Positions 23,230 through 30,453 of a DNA stretch of 64,000 bases are shown piece by piece. The stretch comes from a virus. The notes under the pieces were generated by a model, which did not search any database, had not been told where the DNA came from, and saw only the letters and a program-made list of their open reading frames with translations. Numbering within the stretch: position 1 is the first letter of the stretch; each line of letters opens with the position of its first letter. Made by a program: the position numbers and the translations under genes. Location of the stretch: positions 41,410 to 105,409 of the IMG/VR virus record IMGVR_UViG_3300035698_006717. The stretch is one strand, 5' to 3'.

Positions 23230-23495
23230 TTTATGATTGATTTAATACATGCTTATGCCACATCATGATCAGTCATGATCAAAGCATGCTTTCCACCGCA
23301 TATTCACGCCATTCATGATATCTACCTGATATATTCAGACTAATCAAAATTTCAGCTTCATGATATCTACAGTGTTATTTGCAAATAATCATTAAAATCA
23401 CATCATTGAGAAAATTCATTGGTTAGTCATAGTCATTGAATAGCAAAAATCATTGAAGATGTACATTCAGTGATTAGCAAAAGTCAATGACCTTG
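23230..23495. repeat. non-coding cluster of TCATGA / TCA(A/T)TG(A/G) motifs
   Basis: TCATGATC x2, TTCATGATATCTAC x2 (23312, 23357), repeated TCATTGA/TCATTGG/TCAGTGA/GTCAATGAC. Confidence 0.75.
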
Positions 23496-23598
23496 CCAAC
23501 TCAAGGATTATCTTTCTAAAGTCATAATATATCAAGACTGAATAGTATACCTTTCTAATAGGCGGGAATCCCCTAACCCCTACCCTAGGAGGAAGAAA

Positions 23599-23961
23599 AT
23601 GAACCATCTGTTGTTAGAAAAAGCTATTAAGGATTTGGCGGTAAAGCCTCTAGGTAAGTTCTCTGAAACTGAGGAAATGTTTAAGCGCTCCGGCTCTATA
23701 GGAGCTATTGCACTTGCACCCTACCTAAAAGGGGATAATGAATACTATGCTGACGAGGGAGACGAAGGCTTCTTGATGGAATGGGTTGAAATGTTTGATA
23801 AGCTAGAACCTCTAGCGGGTGCGGTTGAATTTACGGATACTGTTTCTGGTTGTGACGTAAATGTTAAGTGTTTCTTTGGAACTATACTTGTTAAGTGGAT
23901 AAATGAGGTAGGGGGAGTTTCCCTATCTGTTTTTGATATAGAAGCGTATATGGTTTTGTAG
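23599..23961 (+). CDS. acidic early protein, paralog A
   Basis: Aligns end to end with 24596-24952 (LG.FS, LKGD.EY, SGC.V.VKCF.G.ILV.W.N..G..S.S.FDI). Confidence 0.8.
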   Translation: MNHLLLEKAIKDLAVKPLGKFSETEEMFKRSGSIGAIALAPYLKGDNEYYADEGDEGFLMEWVEMFDKLEPLAGAVEFTDTVSGCDVNVKCFFGTILVKWINEVGGVSLSVFDIEAYMVL

Positions 23962-23967
23962 AAAAAG

Positions 23968-24022
23968 AAAGACATTACTCGTCAGCTAGTTCGGGTATAC
24001 CTTACCTCTATACCCGTAACCG
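23968..24022 (+). promoter_or_regulatory. repeated early promoter, copy 9 (more divergent copies at 23518 and ~24529)
   Basis: AAAGACA-TTACTC-17 nt-TACCTT ... TATACCCGTAACCG. Confidence 0.75.
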
Positions 24023-24035
24023 TAGGAGGAAGAAG

Positions 24036-24371
24036 ATGAAAGGTTCTACTGTTTATGAAAGCCTAGAAGATCTAGTGAAGGTACTAGGTGATAGTAAAGA
24101 TTGCAAATACTTGTTAGAAGATATAAAGGAACGGCTTGAAAAGGCTTTGGGAGAAAGAAAACCTTATAGCGTATCTTGGGTAAGTACTGAAACTGATTAT
24201 GCTACTGCTACCGCTATGAGCTTGTTAGTCGATAGCAGAGAGGGTGATACTTGGGTAAGCGAAGAAGGTGAAGAATTCTATAAGCTGATTAATGCGGTTG
24301 ATGAAACTCTAATCGTTATAGAGATGAATATTCCTGGTATGAGTGATTACCTTCTAGTGACGTATATTTAA
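24036..24371 (+). CDS. acidic hypothetical early protein
   Basis: AGGAGG RBS; about 23 D/E vs 11 K/R; no Gln or His. Confidence 0.75.
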   Translation: MKGSTVYESLEDLVKVLGDSKDCKYLLEDIKERLEKALGERKPYSVSWVSTETDYATATAMSLLVDSREGDTWVSEEGEEFYKLINAVDETLIVIEMNIPGMSDYLLVTYI

Positions 24372-24384
24372 AGGAGATCTGATC

Positions 24385-24405
24385 AGGGGGCTTGCCCCCT
24401 TTCCC
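24385..24405 (+). terminator. putative intrinsic terminator
   Basis: AGGGGG-CTTG-CCCCCT hairpin followed by a short pyrimidine run. Confidence 0.5.
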
Positions 24406-24413
24406 ATTAACCA

Positions 24414-24516
24414 GCAAAAGTCAATGACCTGAGGAAAATTCAATGGCACAAATTCAACCCAGAAATTCAATGATCAAAACTCAATGATCAAAACTCAATC
24501 GTCAAAACTCAATGAC
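24414..24516. repeat. 14-bp tandem-like repeats AAAA(C/T)TCAATGA(T/C)C
   Basis: AAAAGTCAATGAC, AAATTCAATGG, AAATTCAATGATC, AAAACTCAATGATC, AAAACTCAATCGTC, AAAACTCAATGAC. Confidence 0.85.
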
Positions 24517-24595
24517 GAGTATTATATAGACAGGGCTAATCAAGCTTGATTAGAGTATATTACCCTTATACCCTAACCCCTCTAGGAGGCAGAAG

Positions 24596-24952
24596 ATGAG
24601 ACAGCACGCGTTGGCTAGTGAGATTAAGAAAGCGGCGGGAGGTAAAGCACTAGGTGAGTTCTCCCTAGCGAACCATATGTTTGATACTTCGGACGTAGTA
24701 GTAGCAAAGGCTTTGACCCCCTTCCTTAAGGGAGATGACGAGTATTTCGTTAGCGACGATGAGGAGGCTTGGAAAGATGATTACCTGATTAGCTTTATTG
24801 ATATAATCCCTACGGCGGGAGAGGTACGGTTTGACGATACTGACTCTGGTTGCTCCGTACACGTTAAGTGCTTCTACGGACTAATCCTAGTACGTTGGAC
24901 TAATAGCGCAGGGGCTGATTCTATCTCTGCTTTTGATATACCTGAGTTATAG
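24596..24952 (+). CDS. acidic early protein, paralog B
   Basis: Paralog of 23599-23961; AGGAGG RBS. Confidence 0.8.
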   Translation: MRQHALASEIKKAAGGKALGEFSLANHMFDTSDVVVAKALTPFLKGDDEYFVSDDEEAWKDDYLISFIDIIPTAGEVRFDDTDSGCSVHVKCFYGLILVRWTNSAGADSISAFDIPEL

Positions 24953-24967
24953 AAAGGATCTGAATTT

Positions 24968-25000
24968 GGCTCTCCTACCCTAAGGAGAGCCTTCATTTTA
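24968..25000 (+). terminator. intrinsic terminator
   Basis: GGCTCTCCT-loop-AGGAGAGCC then TTCATTTT. Confidence 0.65.
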
Positions 25001-25009
25001 CATACCATA

Positions 25010-25450
25010 CGTCATTGGTTTGTACTGTATATGTAAGGACATATGGTAAGCCAATGAGTTGTTCTGTATATGTAATGACATATGTTAGAGCAGGTGATAG
25101 AGCATATGGTAAACCAATGACTATGTAATGTATGTAATAGCATATGGTAAGACAAGTGATAGGACATATGTAAAGAGCAAATGGTATGTGTGTGATACCA
25201 ATGTACTGTACTGTAAATGTAAGGACATATGGTAAACCAATGACCTGCTATATGTGTGTGTAATAGCATATGGTAGGACAAATGTAAGTTCAAATGATAT
25301 GCTATACATTGAGCTGTTATATGTAAATGTAATAGCAAATGTAAGGACATATGGTAAACCAATGACTATGTAATGGAATGTTAAACAAATTGTTAAACAA
25401 ATGTTGTGAAATGTTAAACCAGTGAAATAAATGTAAAATGTTTACCAAGT
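25010..25450. repeat. degenerate array of CANNTG/CANTG motifs, often 12 bp apart
   Basis: e.g. CATATG-ttagag-CAGGTG-atagag-CATATG-gtaaac-CAATG; 30-bp AAATGTAAGGACATATGGTAAACCAATGAC at 25215 and 25337. Confidence 0.9.
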
Positions 25451-26107
25451 TGATATCTACCATATACCATTGGCTAGTTGATTTTATTTGAAACTGATAT
25501 CCTTGTTGCTGCTGTGATTAGCTTGATTTCACAATACACTGATTTCTTTTGGCTTTTCCCCGTTTTGCCATGATTTGGTAATTCAATGACTTTCTCGGAT
25601 TTCCGAAAAAAAGCGGAAAAATCCGAATTTACCCTAAATCGGGCGAATTACCCGAAGTCGGTATAAATACCCGAAAGCGGGTAGAAGGTACTATTTAAGG
25701 GGCTTAAATAGGGGCCGTTTAAGGGTTAAATACGTTTAGAGCCTAGGAAGGTTATTTAAGCGGATTAAGGGAAAACTAATTAACCGTATTAGGTAAATCT
25801 TCTAAGTCCTTTAAAATAGGGTAGTTACGGAGGGCGGGCTTTTAGGCGGATTCTATTTAAACGGTTAAAAAGATAGTTTAAGGTTTTTAAACTAGATAGA
25901 GATTCTAGTTTAAATCGCTGAAGGCGAATTAAATAAAACGTCTTTTTTAGTACTATTAAGACGTTTTTTAAGGCGACTGCTCGCGAGCAAATCTACTTAA
26001 GATATTAAGTTTTCCCCGATAGGGGCTTTAATCGAGTATATTTACTATAACGCCGCTACCCGCTACGGGCTACGGCGATAATCTATTACCCTTATAGGGG
26101 GTTTCTT

Positions 26108-26377
26108 ATGGTCTCGAATTCACTTACTCTAATAGCTTCGGTGACGAACGATCTACCTACTATATATAGGGTCGCTACGGTTAACCCCTTCGCCGCCCTA
26201 CTACCTATCGCCGCCATAGTCGCCGCCGTATACCTTATAGCTTTAACGGTCTACGTGGCGAACGACTACGCCGTTAATACTAATTTACTAAGAATAGAAA
26301 GAGAGGAGCCTATAACCTTAAGAAAGAGCTTTATAGTCGAATACAATAACGGAACTAATAAAACCGTAAACGCTTAG
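26108..26377 (+). CDS. small membrane protein
   Basis: Hydrophobic segment FAALLPIAAIVAAVYLIALTVYV; AGGGGG RBS. Confidence 0.65.
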   Translation: MVSNSLTLIASVTNDLPTIYRVATVNPFAALLPIAAIVAAVYLIALTVYVANDYAVNTNLLRIEREEPITLRKSFIVEYNNGTNKTVNA

Positions 26378-26432
26378 TCTATTACTTCGAATTCACCAAA
26401 TTTTTAAACCGTAAAAGAAAAGAGTTACTACT

Positions 26433-26960
26433 ATGACTACGAAAAAGAATACTACCGCCGCTCCCGTTTCTAAGATCGTTCGCCACGCCGCCGCCGCTCC
26501 CGTAGAGACTCCCGCCGCCGCTACCGTAGAGAAGGTTTCGCTACTATCGGAAAAGGATTTTATTTCTTACGCCGAAAAGAGCGGGACTCCCGCCCTAAAA
26601 TCTTTCGGAAACGTAGGGAGTCGAGTATACGCGAATCCTACCTTTTCGGGAACTACGGCCTTTATTATAGCGGCTCTTTCTACCGTCGATACCAAACGTA
26701 CTAGTTTTACGGTCGCCGATTTCGATTCGGGTATACGGTCGATGAAAACGAAGGAGAACTGGGAACGACTCGACGCTATTTTTAATACGTTCCGTTCCCG
26801 TTTCGCGAGTAACCGTAAAGGCGAAAAACCTTCCCTCGCGAGCAAGTATAAAAGTCCCGTAAAATCTTTACGGACTAGCGGAGTATATAAAGCGTTCGAC
26901 GTTTCCGCTATCGGGACTCCCGAACTAAGAAAGTCCTTCGGATTCGCGGCGGGGAAATAG
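26433..26960 (+). CDS. basic hypothetical protein with Ala/Pro-rich N-terminus (possible DNA binder)
   Basis: 175-aa ORF followed by a strong terminator; no Gln or Cys. Confidence 0.75.
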   Translation: MTTKKNTTAAPVSKIVRHAAAAPVETPAAATVEKVSLLSEKDFISYAEKSGTPALKSFGNVGSRVYANPTFSGTTAFIIAALSTVDTKRTSFTVADFDSGIRSMKTKENWERLDAIFNTFRSRFASNRKGEKPSLASKYKSPVKSLRTSGVYKAFDVSAIGTPELRKSFGFAAGK

Positions 26961-26989
26961 ATCGTTCGCCACCAATAGGCGGATAATAT

Positions 26990-27018
26990 AGGGTAGTCTT
27001 CGGACTACCCTTTTTTTA
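26990..27018 (+). terminator. rho-independent terminator with UUCG tetraloop
   Basis: AGGGTAGTC-TTCG-GACTACCCT-TTTTTT. Confidence 0.92.
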
Positions 27019-27190
27019 TACCTTCCCCGCTCCCTTCCTTCCTTCGTTCGTTCGCCAGACTCCCTCCCTTCCTATAATACCCTAAATCGCCGCTACGGGA
27101 CTTTCGCCCTCATAGGTATAGCTAGGATAGGGTATATCTTCCCCGCCTTATACGGGCCTTCTACGGGCCTTATATAAGCTATTTAGAATA

Positions 27191-27300
27191 TACCTTAAAT
27201 CGGGTAGAATACCCGAATTTATATAGTCGGGCTTTTTACCCGAAGTCGGGTAGAATACCTTATCGGGTAAAATACCCGAAGTAGGGTAATATACCCTAAT
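27191..27300. repeat. cluster of TACCCGA/TCGGGTA motifs in both orientations (matching cluster at 25621-25690)
   Basis: TCGGGTAGAATACCCGA, TACCCGAAGTCGGGTAGAATACC, TCGGGTAAAATACCCGAA. Confidence 0.85.
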
Positions 27301-27580
27301 AATTTAAGCGCTTAAGGGGTAGGGCGTATGCGAACGATTTTATTTTCTAGGTAGCCCTACTTTGGCACCCAGCACACACCGTGAACATTTTTGCCAAGAT
27401 TACCATGCTCAGAATATTTCAGGCAATACTACAAATGAAAAAGCCCACATACCGAAGCATGCAGGCTGAAAAATATTTACAGAAATTTTTTCTGCTGAAT
27501 TTACAATATATACTTCTTGGAATCATCCTTATAGAAAATGGATATAGTTACATCTAGATAGAATTTCATCGCCCAACTCC

Positions 27581-27817
27581 TTAGAATGGAAGATCATCTT
27601 CCTTTGTTGGTGGTTCATATGGGATTTGTTCTCCAACGCCTCCAGCAGGCCATAGATTCAGATTGAGTCTCTTGCAATCTATATATGTCAGAGCTACACC
27701 TGGGTTTAGCTTGATTAGCATCTTACCAGACGGTTCAAGCCAACCCGCTCCTATGCGACATTGCCCGCCAGTATCAGGATCATAGGCTTTTAAGTAGTGT
27801 GTTGGTTTTGAAGGCAT
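27581..27817 (-). CDS. small putative ssDNA-binding protein with SSB-type C-terminal tail
   Basis: RIGAGW...IKL beta pattern; ends EDDLPF. Confidence 0.55.
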   Translation of the reverse strand: MPSKPTHYLKAYDPDTGGQCRIGAGWLEPSGKMLIKLNPGVALTYIDCKRLNLNLWPAGGVGEQIPYEPPTKEDDLPF

Positions 27818-28268
27818 AGCTCATAGTCCTCTCACGAGATGTATAATGGATGAAATCATCTTGACAATTATATAGATTGCTCCTATAGTGAAGACGCCAA
27901 CTGTTACAAACAGTGACAAACAAATTAGTAGTATCATGAGGAAGCGGCTTCCTTGATCTCTATGATACTGGCCTCATGTTCATGCACCCACCAATCACCT
28001 TGAGACTCTATAACAGCTTCCTTGACTTCAAGAATGTTCTCGGCTTGGACTGCAAAGATCTTGAGATCATATCCGTCATGCCAAAGTACAGTAAAAGATT
28101 TCATATTAACCTCTCAATCATAATTGTGTGTATCATTATAATATGTATCAGCTTCAATAGACTCTTCCCTATCAAGGTTGAGTTGTTCAACAGTTCCTTC
28201 AGCTTCTAAAGGATCAAAGTCGTCAGCATCCGAATCAAACTCGACTTCCCGAGGGTGTATTGACATAA

Positions 28269-28934
28269 TTAAGCTCCAATCCTTTTCTTATCCATACCTA
28301 TAGACTTGGTAGAAGTGTTCATACCTTTATTGTATTGGTCTTGGTTAAGGCCATACTGTCGGTACTTAGAAGATTTGTATTTGGTACCACAAGAGTTACA
28401 GACCATATCTACAATTGTTCCCTTATTGCAAGCTGTACATAGCTTATGGTCGGATGGGAAATTGGTAGCCATGTAACCCATCATATAAGATCGGAGTGCG
28501 TCATTCTTCCAAGTGTTAATCTGCTTCTTGAAATACTTGTCTTCGTAGAATGGGCCATATGATTTTGTAAGTTCATCTCTAGCCTCTTTTTGGAGGCGCT
28601 TTTCATTAGTGTTGAACTGATGTTTTATATCATCAAGCAATTCATAGAACATCTTGTACTCATCAGGATCTGCATCTATAGAAATGTAATCTGGAAATCC
28701 TCTGAGAACATATACAGGTATCTTGCAAAATCCAGACAACAGAATAGCATACTTCTTAAGCCGATGTACTTTGAACCTCATATTCTTACGAGGCTCAAGA
28801 ACCTCATCAGGATTGAGATTGTACTTCTCTATAAGTGTTTGGATTATCCTCTTGGCATTATCTGCCTCAGGGCCAATCATTTCACCCATAGCCTTTAGCT
28901 TGCGAATCCTACTTTGGATCTTTTCTAGTTCCAT
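28269..28934 (-). CDS. DUF2786-like domain protein with C-terminal zinc ribbon
   Basis: KIQSRIRKLKAM...EADNA.....LIEKYNL; CTAC..CNSC. Confidence 0.65.
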   Translation of the reverse strand: MELEKIQSRIRKLKAMGEMIGPEADNAKRIIQTLIEKYNLNPDEVLEPRKNMRFKVHRLKKYAILLSGFCKIPVYVLRGFPDYISIDADPDEYKMFYELLDDIKHQFNTNEKRLQKEARDELTKSYGPFYEDKYFKKQINTWKNDALRSYMMGYMATNFPSDHKLCTACNKGTIVDMVCNSCGTKYKSSKYRQYGLNQDQYNKGMNTSTKSIGMDKKRIGA

Positions 28935-29617
28935 TCTTTTCCTCCATATATTTGGATATGTCTATTTTAACAAATGCGTATATTGATAGAACAAATATTG
29001 CTATCCAGCTACTAACTGGAACATGCTGCACAGTATAGAATTCTAGATACATAGAATAGCCTATGCTACCTAGTATGATTGGCATTAGAATCATACTTGC
29101 CAATAGGATACCTCTAATCTTGTTAATCACAAAACACCTCACAGGTTATAAGTTAGCCTCTCCCTTTCTTAAATAATATAAGAAAGAATAACCCTTGTAG
29201 TAATGTTTTTATTAAGGAAGTATCAGATGTACTCTTTACGCTTCATAGTCTTGCGACATTTTCTGCAAGTGTCATAAAGTCTGTTATTAGCATATACCTC
29301 TAAGTTGCGCCTATATCTTACTAGTTCTTCTTTAGAGAGCTTGCCAACTTCAACAGATTTTAAGAATTTGAATTTGCCCATTTGTTACAGTACTCACTCA
29401 CCCTTGTTTTTTGGGTTTGCCGTGTGTGATACCATTGCCACAGTGTGGGCAGAACTTCCACGACTTCTTGAGTTTCTTCATACAGCTGCAATAGTGCGTC
29501 ATGTTCTTTAGCATCCTTTCAAAGGCGTTGATCTTCGGCGAGTCCTTTGGGTCAAACGGTGAGCTAGGGCACCCATACAAGACAACTATGTCATCCATTT
29601 ACAACTCCTATCCTTGT

Positions 29618-29692
29618 TTAATCAATCATGAGAATCATGCCGATTACCGCGCTCACCCACCCAGATATGAATCCCGTTATCCACTCACTCAT
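29618..29692 (-). CDS. 24-aa hydrophobic microprotein (paralog 1)
   Basis: MSEWITGFISGWVSAVIGMILMID; GAGGAGGAG RBS. Confidence 0.6.
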   Translation of the reverse strand: MSEWITGFISGWVSAVIGMILMID

Positions 29693-29820
29693 CTCTCCTC
29701 CTCTGCCTGAGTTTTGGGTGAACCGCGGTAGAGGCTTGCCCCAATGTTGAGTTAATGCGTGCCGCCAATGCACTGGCTACGCAAAACCGTTTAGCTTGCC
29801 GCAGTTCACTAGGTTGTTTC

Positions 29821-29950
29821 ATACAACGGTTAAGCAACGGGTGATAGTTTGCCGATACACTCATCGCAGAAGAACCGACCTGCCGTACTTTTATAACATT
29901 TCTTAGGCTCACCACAAGACTCGCAAATTTCATCCATTGCTGTGTTGTGT
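29821..29950 (-). mobile_element. attC-like recombination site (130 bp)
   Basis: Minus strand ACACAAC-ac-AGCAATGGATGAAATTTGC ... GCAAACTATCACCCGTTGCT-taacc-GTTGTAT; arms pair with G-T wobbles and one extra base. Confidence 0.7.
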
Positions 29951-30115
29951 GAAGTTTTTAGAAACTCCTCTTTTTCCTTAAAAATTGAGCGGAGTATTAC
30001 TATTGCGCCCTGTTTGATAAAAGACCTCGCCTTGTACTCTACAAGGGCCACCTTTAATTCGTCAAAGCTCATTTTTACCACAATAAAGTCCTTTCTAAAA
30101 ATTTGCGAAGCGAAC

Positions 30116-30245
30116 ACACAACGTATTGCAAATGGGTGCTGGCCCACTAACATTCCCGTCCAGAACACTCCACGGCCTCCCCACGCATATCGCACGATTC
30201 TACATGACAACCATCGCACAGGCTGGCACCCTTTGCGTGTTGTGT
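30116..30245 (-). mobile_element. attC-like recombination site (130 bp)
   Basis: Minus strand ACACAAC-ac-GCAAAGGGTGCCAGCC ... GGCCAGCACCCATTTGC-aatac-GTTGTGT; one extrahelical base. Confidence 0.75.
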
Positions 30246-30398
30246 GCTGTGGCTTGGTGGCTCCTCTTGTTCTGAGTTTGGCAAGTTGGCAATAATCTTC
30301 GTGCGTATGAACTTGTAGACCTTACCCAGTTCTGAATGTGACAACTTAGATAAATCCTCGTGGATGTAGCCAAGAATACCATCACGATAATCACTCAT
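30147..30398 (-). CDS. hypothetical cassette-like gene reading into the attC
   Basis: AGGAG RBS; lies between GTTGTGTGCAATG and the 30116-30245 attC. Confidence 0.6.
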   Translation of the reverse strand: MSDYRDGILGYIHEDLSKLSHSELGKVYKFIRTKIIANLPNSEQEEPPSHSTQHAKGASLCDGCHVESCDMRGEAVECSGREC

Positions 30399-30453
30399 AA
30401 CCCAAACTCCTATAAAAGATTTTCACCAAACATTGCACACAACGTCTGTCGTG

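Larger units (their letters stand above)
12613..25000 (+). other. early/host-takeover-like region of more than 30 small hypothetical + strand genes
   Basis: Dense short ORFs with strong RBS, punctuated by copies of one promoter motif. Confidence 0.75.
25591..27360. other. CA/TG-depleted, CG/TA-rich compositional island; candidate genome terminus / first-injected DNA
   Basis: About 22 CA+TG dinucleotides in 1770 bp by hand count; first ~330 bp contain none. Confidence 0.9.

Noticed and set aside
25012-25362. Minus-strand ORFs of 116 and 62 aa
   Set aside because: His/Ile/Cys-repetitive translations of the CANNTG array without RBS; by-products of the repeat
25010-25450. Possible CRISPR array
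   Set aside because: Repeats are degenerate with a 12-bp sub-period, have no unique constant-length spacers, and no cas genes are present
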